Shown: piece by piece, positions 26,921 through 36,386 of the stretch | Position numbering within the stretch: position 1 is the stretch's first letter | Layout: each line of letters begins with the position of its first letter | Source of the DNA: Verrucomicrobiales bacterium | GTDB lineage: Bacteria; Verrucomicrobiota; Verrucomicrobiia; Limisphaerales; J093 | Direction: 5' to 3' | Length of the DNA: 64,000 nucleotides | NCBI GenBank assembly: GCA_037439785.1 | Contig: JBBIVJ010000008.1 | Span: 44,686 to 108,685 of the forward strand | Notes under the pieces: model-generated | Told to the model about the DNA's origin: nothing | Database searches by the model: none | The model's input: the letters and a program-made list of their open reading frames with translations, nothing else | Position numbers and translations under genes: made by a program

Positions 26921-28552
26921 TCAGGCCGTTCGGGTGCTGACGTCGAGCAGCTCAACCCCCAGCTTGCGCAGGGCGTAGCCGCATTCCTTGAGGTAGTCGC
27001 CGTAACTGAGCATCCAGTGGAAGCCCCGCATCTCCTCGAGCAGTTTCTGCCAGTCGCCCTGAATCCGCACCTCCACCTGGGACCGGCAGATGGGCAGGAA
27101 GGGGTTGGCCTCGATGGTGCCGAGGCAGCCGACCCAGCGGCGGCAGTTGAAGTCCGGCGCCAGGTTGGTGGTGAGCTGGCCGCGCTTCATTTCCACCTTG
27201 GGGGCGGCGCCGTAATCCGACTCGAAGTGGGTCAGGATGCGGGCCCGTTCCAGCCGCCGGCCATCCATGCGCCGCGGGGCGGTGCAGTGCGCCAGCGTCA
27301 CCTGCCCGTCGTGGGGCGTGGTGGGGTTGTTGAGGAAGACCGGCTTGCCGGAGATGTAGTGCAAGAGGATGCCGGAGGGGATCACGACGAAGTCCGATTC
27401 GCAGAACAGCAGGTAGCCGTCGTCATTGAGCAGGCTCAGGGTGAGGCAGGCGGTGGTTTTGGCCATGCCCATGATGGTGCCCATGCAGTGGTTGACGGTG
27501 AGGGCGTCGGTCTGGTGCTGCTCCATCAAATCGAGGAAGACTTCGCGCAGGACAAAGGCCCGGCTGACAAAGCCGAGATCGGTCTCGAGCTTCACGCCCG
27601 CGCGGCTCAGGTAATCGCGGGCGGCGCGGGCACACGCCGCCTGGAGGGAGGCATCGGCGTTGGCCGCCGCCAGGCGCGGTTCGAGTTCCGAGTAGGGAAC
27701 GTCCACCAGGTCCAGTTTCCAGACCTCGCGCGCGATTTGGGGCGCCTTTTGCCCGCCCTCGCCCCAGCCGGCCGCGCCGCCGATGCAGACCACCCGCTTG
27801 CCCCGAGTACGGCGGAGCCCGTAGAGGGCGCGCAACCGCCAGAGCAGCTCGTCGGAGCTGTCGGTGACCACGTCCTGCACGCTCATGCCCGGCTGGCCGT
27901 ACTCGTCCACCGTTTTGCGCAGGAACCGCGGATGCACGATCTCGTACCAGAGATAGGTCGGGCCGGAGTCATGGCGCAGGAACATCAGGTTGAACCGGTC
28001 CTTGCGCACGAGCGTTTCCAGGAGGTTCACCCACCCGCCGGCGGCGTACAGCAACATCACTTCATGATCCCCGGCGGCGAGTTGGCGCGCTTGATCGAGG
28101 GTCTTGACCCGTGCCACCGGCCGGAACTCCAGCGGGAACTCGGCCCGTCGGGCCAGGGTCTGGAGTTCGGTGGTGATGCGGGCCTGCTCCTGCCCCGCCT
28201 CCGTCTCGGTCTGGATGCCGCCCCAGTTGCGCCAACTGGTGGCTTCACGCCGCTGCGGCGTTTCGTACGTGAGCACCGGTTGGACCCGCAACGGGGGGCG
28301 AGCGCGGGGGGCGCGTTCCTTCACCGGGTCCCAGTTCGTGGCCGGCGAGCCGGCCAGCGAAGGCAGGGTGACGGAAAGGGCGGCCAACGCCCCCAACCCA
28401 CCCACGAACCCCCGACGGCTCAAGGACCAGGCGTCGTCTGTGCCAGCGGCGGAAGCTGGCAGCCACAGGGCGGATTCTTGCCGCGCCCGAGGCACCGAGA
28501 CACAGCAGGGACAGTTGCAACGGGGAGTCTGGGATGTGGAAGTGCGTTTCAT
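26921..28552 (-). CDS. L-fucose-isomerase-like protein with Tat signal
   Basis: SRRGFVG Tat motif; TVNHCM, CESD, LAHCT, CRSQ, GFHW.LSYG. Confidence 0.72.
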   Translation of the reverse strand: MKRTSTSQTPRCNCPCCVSVPRARQESALWLPASAAGTDDAWSLSRRGFVGGLGALAALSVTLPSLAGSPATNWDPVKERAPRARPPLRVQPVLTYETPQRREATSWRNWGGIQTETEAGQEQARITTELQTLARRAEFPLEFRPVARVKTLDQARQLAAGDHEVMLLYAAGGWVNLLETLVRKDRFNLMFLRHDSGPTYLWYEIVHPRFLRKTVDEYGQPGMSVQDVVTDSSDELLWRLRALYGLRRTRGKRVVCIGGAAGWGEGGQKAPQIAREVWKLDLVDVPYSELEPRLAAANADASLQAACARAARDYLSRAGVKLETDLGFVSRAFVLREVFLDLMEQHQTDALTVNHCMGTIMGMAKTTACLTLSLLNDDGYLLFCESDFVVIPSGILLHYISGKPVFLNNPTTPHDGQVTLAHCTAPRRMDGRRLERARILTHFESDYGAAPKVEMKRGQLTTNLAPDFNCRRWVGCLGTIEANPFLPICRSQVEVRIQGDWQKLLEEMRGFHWMLSYGDYLKECGYALRKLGVELLDVSTRTA

Positions 28553-28865
28553 GGTGGCAGGTGGAACCTCCGACCAGCCCGTTGGCCGGCCGGTCCCCGG
28601 GAAGTCGGGCCTTTGCCGCGCCGCATGGCCAGGGGGTTCATCACGAAGACACAATAAACCGACGATCCCCAAAAGCCAGTACAATCGTGGTGTGTGCCGG
28701 AGGTCTTTCACTTTCCGGGTCGGCGGCCGGGAGAGGGACGGGGATGAACCGCGCTCCGCATTGCCGCCCTTGTCAGACACCGGGGTGCCCAAGGAGGGGA
28801 ACAGCGGCAAGCGGGCCAACGCACCGCCGGGCCGGGCTGAAGCGAATGGGGGCGCTCCCTGCCGC

Positions 28866-30065
28866 TCAGGTTGGGCCCGCGGCAGGGCCCAGCCGCCGGC
28901 GCCATTCCAGCAACACGTAGCGGTCGGTCATGCCGGCAAGGTAATCGCACACCACACGGTGGAGGCCGTCGGTACCGATGCGTTTGCGCGATTGTTCGCC
29001 CAGGTGTTCGGGATGTTCGAGGTAGTGTCGGAACAAGGTCCGGAGCATGTCGGCGGCGCGGGCGTTGGGCTCGTGCACGACGGGGTTGAGGTAGAGGTGG
29101 CGGTAGAGGTAACGCCGGAGGGCCTGGTTGAGCCGGCGGCGTTCCGGGCTGTAGGCGACCAACGGCCGGCGCAGGCGGCGGACGTCATCGGCGGAGTGCA
29201 CGCCGGCCCGGGTGATGGCGCGGGTGGAGTGCTCGACCACGTCATGCACCTGGGCGTCAATGAGGCAGCGCACGGTGTAGGAGCGACGGCATTCGTCGGG
29301 CAGGCGGCCATGCTGGCGGCGCACGTGGGCGGCGGCCTGGCGCCAGAGGGCGACCTCCCGTTCGAGGGCGGCCTCGGACAACAGGCCCGCGTCCAGGCCG
29401 TCATCCAGGTCGTGGCTGTAGTAGGCGATTTCGTCGGCGAGGTTGGCGATCTGGGCTTCCAAGGAGGGACTGGCCGCGGGGAAGCCCGGCTGGCCGCCGG
29501 GGCGGTCAAAACCGGTGCGGTGTTTGGCCAGGCCTTCGCGCACTTCCCAGGTGAGGTTCAGGCCGGGGAAACCGGGGTACTTCTGCTCGATCTGTTCGAC
29601 CAGCCGCAGGCTGTGGTCGTTGTGTTCAAAGCCGCCGTGGCCGCGCATGAGCCGGTCGAGCACGGCCTCACCGGTGTGGCCGAAGGGCGGGTGGCCGAGG
29701 TCGTGGGCCAGGGCGATGGCCTCGGCCAGGTCTTCGTTGACCCGCAGGGCCCGCGCGAGGTTCCGCGCAATGGCGGCCACTTCCATGGTGTGGGTGAGCC
29801 GGGTGCGGAGGTGGTCGCCGGTGCCGTTGAGGAAGACCTGGGTCTTGTACTCGAGGCGGCGGAAGGCGCGGGAGTGGATGATGCGGTCGCGGTCGCGCTG
29901 GTAATGGGTGCGCCAGGTGGGCGGGGGCTCCGGGTGGTCCCGGCCGCGGGTTTCCGCGCTGAACTGGGCGAAGGGCGCCAGCCAGGCGCGCTCGCGCGCC
30001 TCGAGTTCTTCCCGGGGACACCCGCCAACCGCCGCCGGCGAGGGATGCGGCGCCCGAGCCTTCAC
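28866..30065 (-). CDS. dgt: Deoxyguanosinetriphosphate triphosphohydrolase (HD family)
   Basis: QRDRDRIIHSRAFRRL.YKTQVF, RTRLTH, AHDLGHPPFGH.GE, ADEIAY..HDLDD, DYLAGMTD. Confidence 0.95.
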   Translation of the reverse strand: MKARAPHPSPAAVGGCPREELEARERAWLAPFAQFSAETRGRDHPEPPPTWRTHYQRDRDRIIHSRAFRRLEYKTQVFLNGTGDHLRTRLTHTMEVAAIARNLARALRVNEDLAEAIALAHDLGHPPFGHTGEAVLDRLMRGHGGFEHNDHSLRLVEQIEQKYPGFPGLNLTWEVREGLAKHRTGFDRPGGQPGFPAASPSLEAQIANLADEIAYYSHDLDDGLDAGLLSEAALEREVALWRQAAAHVRRQHGRLPDECRRSYTVRCLIDAQVHDVVEHSTRAITRAGVHSADDVRRLRRPLVAYSPERRRLNQALRRYLYRHLYLNPVVHEPNARAADMLRTLFRHYLEHPEHLGEQSRKRIGTDGLHRVVCDYLAGMTDRYVLLEWRRRLGPAAGPT

Positions 30066-31297
30066 CGCGCCAGGAAGGCCTGCACCGACAGGCCCCGCAG
30101 CTCGAAGAGCCGGCGGATGGTGTCCTCGATCAGGTTGTTCGGGCAGGAGGCGCCGGCGGTGATGCCCACGGTGACCGGCCGGGCGGGCAGCCAGTCGGCG
30201 GTTTCCACCTCAAGCGCCTCATGGAGGTTCCAATGCCGGATGAGGCGGGGCGAGACCATCTTGGCGGCGTTTTTGATGAAGTAGGTGGGCAGGACCTTCT
30301 CGCCCATTTCGGCCAGGTGCGAGGTGTTCGAGGAGTTGTAGCCGCCCACCACCAGCAACAGGTCCATCGGCTCGCGCAGGAGTTTCTCCAAGGCATCCTG
30401 CCGGTCCTGGGTGGCGCCGCAGATGGTGTCGAAGTAGCGGAAATGCCGGGGCAGCGCCTCCGTGCCGTAGCGGTCCTCCATCGCCGCGCGAATGCGACGC
30501 TGGACCTCCTCGGTCTCGCCGCGGAGCATGGTGGTCTGGTTGGCCACGCCCACGGCCTGCAGGTGCACGTCCGGGTCAAAGCCCGGCGAGTAGGCGCCCT
30601 TGAACTTTTCGAGGAACGCCGCCTTGTCACCGCCGTGGCGGATGTAGGCGCAGACGTAGTCGGTCTCCTCCAGGTTGTACACCACCAGGTAATGGCCGCG
30701 GCCGTAGGCGGTGGCCTGGGAGGTGGTGGCCTTGGTTTCCTCGTGGCGGGCCTTGCCGTGGATGATGCTGGTGACCGCCTCCTTCGAGTACTGGCGCACT
30801 CGCTTCCAGACGCTCATCACGTCCCCGCAGGTGGTGTCCACCAGGATGCAGCCCTTCGCCTCGAGCGCCCGACGCGTGGCCACCTCGGTGCCAAAGGCGG
30901 GGATGATGACCCCATCCTCCGCGGTCAGGCCGGCCAGTTCCGCCTCCGTGGGACGTGGCGCCAGGCTCACGATGCCCATGCCGCGAATCTGGTCGTTCAC
31001 CTCCGGGTTGTGGATGATCTCGCCCAGCAGGAAAATCCGGCGCGGCGGCGGGAAGTACTTGCGCGCCGCATAGGCCAGGTCAATCGCCCGCTCGACGCCG
31101 TAGCAAAAGCCGAACTCCTTGGCCAGTTTGATGGTCAGTCCTTCGGCGTGGATGACCCCGCCCTCGGCGCGAATCCGGTCCACCAGCTCGCTCCGGTAAT
31201 GGCTGACCACCAGGGCCTGCACCGCCTGCATCACGTCCGGCCGGCGCAGGTTGACCTTCTGCGGCGGGACGCTCGGCGTGGGGACTGCCGTTGACAT
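30062..31297 (-). CDS. ispH: 4-hydroxy-3-methylbut-2-enyl diphosphate reductase
   Basis: FGFCYGVERAI, IIHNP, DTTC, QTTM, DTICGATQDRQ, GGYNSSNT, TAGASCP. Confidence 0.96.
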   Translation of the reverse strand: MSTAVPTPSVPPQKVNLRRPDVMQAVQALVVSHYRSELVDRIRAEGGVIHAEGLTIKLAKEFGFCYGVERAIDLAYAARKYFPPPRRIFLLGEIIHNPEVNDQIRGMGIVSLAPRPTEAELAGLTAEDGVIIPAFGTEVATRRALEAKGCILVDTTCGDVMSVWKRVRQYSKEAVTSIIHGKARHEETKATTSQATAYGRGHYLVVYNLEETDYVCAYIRHGGDKAAFLEKFKGAYSPGFDPDVHLQAVGVANQTTMLRGETEEVQRRIRAAMEDRYGTEALPRHFRYFDTICGATQDRQDALEKLLREPMDLLLVVGGYNSSNTSHLAEMGEKVLPTYFIKNAAKMVSPRLIRHWNLHEALEVETADWLPARPVTVGITAGASCPNNLIEDTIRRLFELRGLSVQAFLAR

Positions 31298-31394
31298 GCC
31301 AGCCAATCTACCACCCCGCCGGGACGCGTCCAGCGTCAGGGGCGAGTCCCGGAGTTTCGGCATTTCGGCGAGGGTGGTCCTCCGGCCATCTTTG

Positions 31395-31429
31395 GACCTT
31401 CCGACCTTCGACCTTCGACCTTCGACCTT
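31395..31429. repeat. Heptamer tandem repeat (GACCTTC)~5
   Basis: gaccttc-c-gaccttc-gaccttc-gaccttc-gacctt, intergenic, followed by two short hairpins. Confidence 0.85.
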
Positions 31430-31527
31430 GCATGCCTGCCGGGCATGCCGCCGGGACGGCGGCACCACCCCTTCCGGTAGGTAAAGTCCCTTGACGCCGT
31501 GCCGCCGTCCCGATGCACTGCCAACCC

Positions 31528-32283
31528 ATGAAGATGCGCTGGACCCCCGTCGCCGGCCTGGCGCTCGGCCTGCTCACCGCCGGCCCGGCCGTGGCCGCTG
31601 AGACCGCTCCGGCCGACGCGCTCCGGCAGAAAGACGCCGAGGTGCGGGAGCTGCGGCACCGACTCGAACAGGCGGAAAAAGAGCTTGAACAACTCCGCCG
31701 CGACAACGAACGCCTCCGACGGCAACAGGAAAAAGCCGCGCCCCAAGCCGAGCCCGCTGATGCGCAACGCGCCGCCGAGGAACTGCGCCAGCTCCGCGAG
31801 GAAAACGCGCGCCTGCGTCAGCGCGCGGCCCGCGCCCCCGCTGTTGGCGCCGCCGCCGAAGCCAAACCGGTCCGGCCGATGAGCGGCCTGCCGCCCGTGA
31901 CGCCCGACACGGTCGTGGAGGTGGACGAACTGGCGGGGCACTTCCAGACGGACCCGGCCGCTGCGGCCGCGCGCTACGCGAAGAAAACCTTCCGGGTCCG
32001 CGGCGAGGTGGAGCGCTTCCACACCGCCCTGCTCCGCCGCCAGTTCACCGTGCTGTTGCGCAGCCCGGACGGCGGCCTGCCCGTGGCCTGCCGGTTCAAC
32101 TACATTGACCGCTACAAGACGGTGTTCACCACGCGAAACGGGCGGGTGCTGACGGCGCGGTACGAAAGCGGCCGCGAGGTGGCGCTGCTGGAGACCGGCC
32201 AGGGGGTGGTCATCGCCGGCCGTTGCAGCGGGCAGGACGCCAACGGGACGATCGAGTTCAGCCGCTGCGAACTGATACGCTGA
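31528..32283 (+). CDS. Secreted coiled-coil plus OB-fold (tRNA_anti-like) protein
   Basis: Signal peptide, heptad coiled coil, AAARYAKKTFRVRGEV, GQGVVIAGRC.G. Confidence 0.65.
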   Translation: MKMRWTPVAGLALGLLTAGPAVAAETAPADALRQKDAEVRELRHRLEQAEKELEQLRRDNERLRRQQEKAAPQAEPADAQRAAEELRQLREENARLRQRAARAPAVGAAAEAKPVRPMSGLPPVTPDTVVEVDELAGHFQTDPAAAAARYAKKTFRVRGEVERFHTALLRRQFTVLLRSPDGGLPVACRFNYIDRYKTVFTTRNGRVLTARYESGREVALLETGQGVVIAGRCSGQDANGTIEFSRCELIR

Positions 32284-32326
32284 GCGGCCCGCCGTTGCCA
32301 AAGGGGGCAGGCCGACGGCGCAGGAT

Positions 32327-35212
32327 TCAACTCGCGGCCGCCACCGCCGCGACCGCGGCCACGCACCTCCCGCAGAGAGTGGGGTGCGCGGCGTGGGCCC
32401 CCACGACCGTCTCCCAGTGCCAGCAGCGCTCGCATTTGTGACCGGGCGCGTGGCTCACCGCGATGCTCAGGCCCTCGGCGGCGTCCGGGTTGGTCTGCAC
32501 CTCCAGGGCCGAGACACTCAGCAGCTCGGCCAGCACCGGATGGTACTCCGGCGGTAGGGCAGCCAGCTCGGCGTCGTGACCGGACAGGCGCACGGCGGCC
32601 TCGAGGGCCCTGCCGATGAGCTTGGCCTGCCGGGCCTTTTCCAGCTCGGCCAGCACGGCCTCGCGCAGGGCAAACAGGTTTTTCCACGCCGCCACCTCGG
32701 CTGCGTCCAGCGCAAACGGTGCCGGTGCCCAGGTGGCCAGGTGCACGGAGTCCGGGGCTTTGCCGGGGATGAATTCCCACGCCTCGTCCGCCGTGAAGGC
32801 CAGGAGCGGGGCGAGCATCTGGCAAAGACGGGTGACCATCCGGTGCAGCGCGGTCTGGGTCGAGCGCCGGCGCGGGGAATCGGGCGGGTCGGTGTACAGC
32901 CGGTCCTTGATGACGTCGTGGTAGATGGCGGAGAGTTCGACGGCGGCGAACTGGCCGAGTTTTTGGTACACGAGGTGGAACTCGAACTGGACATAGGCGC
33001 GGGCGATCTCCGTCTCGAGCCGGGCGAATTCGGCCAGAATCCACCGATCCAGCGGGGTGAGGCGGTCGGCGGGCACGGCGTGCCGGGCGGGATCGAAGTC
33101 GTACAGGTTGGCGAGCTGGTAGCGGAGGGTGTTGCGGAGCAGCCGGTAGGTCTCGGCCACCTTGAGCATCCGCGCCTCGCTCAGGACCATGTCGCCGCGG
33201 TAATCCTGGCTGGCCACCCACAGGCGGAGCACGTCAGCGCCGAAATCGTTCACCCAGACCGTGGCGGACTTGGAGCCGCGGCTCTTGGACTCCTTCTCGC
33301 CGGCGTCGTTGACCACGAAGCCGTGGGTCAGCACGGTCCGGAAGGGGGCGGCGCCGTTGCCGGCCAGGGAGAGCAGCAGGGAAGACTGGAACCAGCCGCG
33401 GTGCTGGTCGGACCCCTCGAGGTAGAGGTGCGCCTGGAAGGGGCGACGCGGGTCGGCCGGATTGTCCGCGCCGCGCAATTCGGGCCGGCGGGCGATGACG
33501 GCGGCGCTGCTGGAGCCGGAGTCAATCCACACGTCGAGGGTGTCGGCGGACTTGCGGGCCGCCTCCGGGCCGGTCCAGTCCGCGGGCCGCACCTGCGCCC
33601 ACAATTCGGCGGCGGTTTGCTCGAACCACACGTTCGAGCCGTGGCGCTCGACCAGGTCGGCCACGCGGCGGATGACGCGGGCGTCCAGGATGGCCCGGCC
33701 GGCGTCGTCGTAAAATGCCGGCAACGGCACCCCCCAGGCGCGCTGGCGGGAGATGCACCAGTCGGGCCGCGCCTCGACCGCGCCCTTGATGCGGTTGATG
33801 CCCCATTCGGGAATCCAGTGCACCCGGTCAATTTCTTCCAGCGCAAGCTGGCGGAAGGTTTTCCCGTCGGCCGGCGGCCGGCCGCCGTCCCCCATCGCCT
33901 GGTCGAGCCGGATGAACCACTGGTCCATGGCGCGGAAGATGACCGGCGTTTTGCTGCGCCAGCAGTGCGGGTAGCTGTGGGGGTAGTCCTCGCGATGCAG
34001 CAGCGCCGCGCGCGCCTCCAGCAGGGCCAGCACGGCGTCGTTGGCCTCGCTGCGGCCGCGCTGTTCGAGGATGGACCGGCCCACCAGCTCCGCCGGCATT
34101 TGCTGCTCGCGCGGCAGGTCGTCTGTCCAGGCCAGCCGGCCGTCGTCGTCCACCGGCGAGTAGATCGGCAGGCCGTGTCGCAGGCCGAGGGTGTAGTCCT
34201 CCAGCCCGTGGCCGGGGGCGATGTGGACAAAGCCCGTGCCGGTGTCGTTGGTCACGAAGTCGTCCCCCGCGTAAAGCCGGGCGGTGCGCGTGCAGAACGG
34301 ATGTTCAAACTCGATCTGGCTCAGGTGCGCGGCCTCCAGACTCCGCACGATCTGGTAGTTCGTCCAACCGCACTTCTGCGCCACCACCGGCAGCAGGAAG
34401 GTCGAAACCAGGTAATCCTCGCAGCGCGCGCCCTCCTCGTCCTGCGGCACCCGGATCAGCGAGTAACTGAAAGCCGAGTGGTACGCCACGGCCAGGTTGG
34501 CCGGCAAGGTCCAGGGCGTGGTGGTCCAGATGAGGATGAACGTGCCCGGATGCCCCCGCACCGGGAACTTCACGTAAATGCTCGGGCTGACGTGTTCCTG
34601 GTACTCGACCTCCGCCTCGGCCAGCGCGGTCCGGCAGGGGATGCTCCAGTACACCGGTTTTTTGCCGCGATAGACCAGGCCCTGCTCGACCAGCCCCGCA
34701 AACAGGCGCAGTTCCTCGGCCTCGTACTCGGGGTCCAACGTCAGGTACGGCCGCTCCCAGTCGCCCAGCACGCCCAGCCGTTTGAACTGGTCCCGCTGGA
34801 TGGCGACGAACTTGCGCGCGTAGGCCTCGCAGGCCTGGCGGATGGCAGCGGGGGAGGTGTCGGTCGTGCGTCCGGCGTCGCGGCGCAACTCTTCCGTGAC
34901 CTTGAACTCGATGGGCAGGCCGTGACAGTCCCAGCCCGGCACGTACGGCGCGCGGCAGCCGCGCAGCGTCTGGTACTTGATGACGATGTCCTTGAGAATC
35001 TTGTTGAGCACATGGCCCAGGTGGATTTCGCCGTTGGCGAAGGGCGGGCCGTCGTGGAGGACAAAGGGTGGGGCGCCGGCGCGGGCGGCCTGAATGCGTT
35101 CGTACAGGCGGGCGGCCTCCCAGCGGGCCAGCCGCTCGGGCTCGCGGCGGACCAGGTCGGCTTTCATCGGAAAGTCCGTGCGCGGCAGGTTCAGCGTGTT
35201 CTTGTAGTCCAT
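32327..35212 (-). CDS. ileS: Isoleucine--tRNA ligase (type 1)
   Basis: HDGPPFANG..HLGH, GWDCHGLP, WTTTPWT, GTGFVH, EGSDQHRGWF, KESKS, C-terminal CERC..CGRC. Confidence 0.97.
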   Translation of the reverse strand: MDYKNTLNLPRTDFPMKADLVRREPERLARWEAARLYERIQAARAGAPPFVLHDGPPFANGEIHLGHVLNKILKDIVIKYQTLRGCRAPYVPGWDCHGLPIEFKVTEELRRDAGRTTDTSPAAIRQACEAYARKFVAIQRDQFKRLGVLGDWERPYLTLDPEYEAEELRLFAGLVEQGLVYRGKKPVYWSIPCRTALAEAEVEYQEHVSPSIYVKFPVRGHPGTFILIWTTTPWTLPANLAVAYHSAFSYSLIRVPQDEEGARCEDYLVSTFLLPVVAQKCGWTNYQIVRSLEAAHLSQIEFEHPFCTRTARLYAGDDFVTNDTGTGFVHIAPGHGLEDYTLGLRHGLPIYSPVDDDGRLAWTDDLPREQQMPAELVGRSILEQRGRSEANDAVLALLEARAALLHREDYPHSYPHCWRSKTPVIFRAMDQWFIRLDQAMGDGGRPPADGKTFRQLALEEIDRVHWIPEWGINRIKGAVEARPDWCISRQRAWGVPLPAFYDDAGRAILDARVIRRVADLVERHGSNVWFEQTAAELWAQVRPADWTGPEAARKSADTLDVWIDSGSSSAAVIARRPELRGADNPADPRRPFQAHLYLEGSDQHRGWFQSSLLLSLAGNGAAPFRTVLTHGFVVNDAGEKESKSRGSKSATVWVNDFGADVLRLWVASQDYRGDMVLSEARMLKVAETYRLLRNTLRYQLANLYDFDPARHAVPADRLTPLDRWILAEFARLETEIARAYVQFEFHLVYQKLGQFAAVELSAIYHDVIKDRLYTDPPDSPRRRSTQTALHRMVTRLCQMLAPLLAFTADEAWEFIPGKAPDSVHLATWAPAPFALDAAEVAAWKNLFALREAVLAELEKARQAKLIGRALEAAVRLSGHDAELAALPPEYHPVLAELLSVSALEVQTNPDAAEGLSIAVSHAPGHKCERCWHWETVVGAHAAHPTLCGRCVAAVAAVAAAS

Positions 35213-35333
35213 GCATGCCGGGCCAGTCCGGGTGCGGGAGGCTACCCTTCCGCCAGTCCCGCCGGCAAGGCATCTGGCCGGAACGCGGGCAGGCCAGCGG
35301 CTCAGGGTCCTGGCGCCAGCCAGCACAGGTGTG

Positions 35334-35390
35334 GTCGCTGCCGGCGTGAGCCGGCGGAGGGCTGTCCGCCGCGGCACCGCGGCGGCTACG
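35334..35390. repeat. REP-like palindrome (related copy at 3321-3345)
   Basis: GTCGC..CCGGC-GTGA-GCCGG..; second hairpin ends CGGCGGCTAC. Confidence 0.5.
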
Positions 35391-35411
35391 CCCTGGCGGG
35401 GTCCCTTACCG

Positions 35412-35538
35412 AAAGCGGCAGAGGACTGCCGCACTCCAAGACGCTGGCGCGCGGAAGAAACGCGCCGCAGCGAGCGCCAGCTTGTGGAGTGCCTGCCTGT
35501 GCGGCGCACGCAGACAGGCGCCAGTCCTCTGGCGCTTT
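35412..35538. repeat. Inverted REP-like doublet with a 27-bp palindromic insert in the right arm
   Basis: Left arm AAAGCGGCAGAGGACTGCCGCACTCCA; right arm TGGAGTGC[insert 35493-35519]GCCAGTCCTCTGGCGCTTT. Confidence 0.75.
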
Positions 35539-35553
35539 GGAGCAGCGCCGGCC

Positions 35554-35581
35554 ACTTCGGCTTTCGGGCTTCGGATTTCGG
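35554..35581. repeat. Degenerate heptamer tandem (NNTTCGG)x4
   Basis: acttcgg ctttcgg gcttcgg atttcgg. Confidence 0.7.
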
Positions 35582-35716
35582 AATTTGAGCCCGGCCGGCT
35601 CCCATGACGCGCGCACACCCTGCCCGGCCAGGGCCGGGGCAACCTGCTCCGCTTGGGGCGTGGCCGCCTCCCTTCGAAACTCCGAACCGCCGGGCCGCCG
35701 CACCGCCGCCCGCGAG

Positions 35717-36292
35717 CTACTTCCGGGAGTCGCTCTCGCGGCCGAGGTATTTGCGCGACGCGGTGTCCACCCGGATTTTTTCGCCGGGGGCGATGAACAG
35801 CGGGACCATGATTTCCAGGCCGGTTTCCAAGCGGGCGGGTTTCCAGGTGGCATCGGAGCCGCCGCGGATGGGCGGGGCGGTTTCGGTGATCTGGAGGGTA
35901 ACCGCGGGCGGGAGGACAATGTCCACCAGCCGCCCATCCAGGAATACGGCGCGGTATTCCTCGTTGTCCTTGATGAACCAGCGGCGGTCCCCGATCTGCT
36001 CCGGGGTGAGGGTCATTTCCTCGAAGGTCTCGATGTCCGCGAACACGTAGTCCTCGCCCTGGGCATAGCTGAACTGGACGCGGCGGTGCTGGACCTCGGC
36101 CACGGGCACCCGTTCGCTCTCGGTGAAGGTCTGGTCCAGGAGCCGTCCGGTTTTGAGGTGGCGCAGCCGGGCGTGCAGTTTGTGTTTGGTCTGGGCGGTG
36201 CCGCTGACGTGGAAATCCTCGAGGGCGTAGGGGGTGCCGTCCAGGAGCAGGACCATGCCGCGTTTGAATTCGGAAGGCAGGACGGTTTCCAT
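35717..36292 (-). CDS. efp: Elongation factor P-family protein (atypical loop)
   Basis: EFKRGM.L.LDG, QFSY..G..YVF.D.ETFEE, ETAP.IRG, KPARLETG....VPLFI..GEKI.VDT...Y. Confidence 0.88.
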   Translation of the reverse strand: METVLPSEFKRGMVLLLDGTPYALEDFHVSGTAQTKHKLHARLRHLKTGRLLDQTFTESERVPVAEVQHRRVQFSYAQGEDYVFADIETFEEMTLTPEQIGDRRWFIKDNEEYRAVFLDGRLVDIVLPPAVTLQITETAPPIRGGSDATWKPARLETGLEIMVPLFIAPGEKIRVDTASRKYLGRESDSRK

Positions 36293-36386
36293 GACTTGGA
36301 GGCGCCGGCGAACCGGACGCGGATACGGTGGACAACGCCCGAGTTGGTAACCTCCCGGCGGGGCGACGTCAACCGCTTGGCGCGGG

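Noticed and set aside
28553-28865. AT-richer intergenic stretch as possible ncRNA or small ORF
   Set aside because: No recognisable RNA family or convincing coding signal
35334-35586. Possible CRISPR array
   Set aside because: No identical direct repeats with regular spacers and no cas genes in the window
35213-35605. N-terminal extension of IleRS in the ORF track, or a T-box leader
   Set aside because: Region consists of REP-like repeats; the conserved IleRS start is MDYKNTLNLP; no T-box consensus seen
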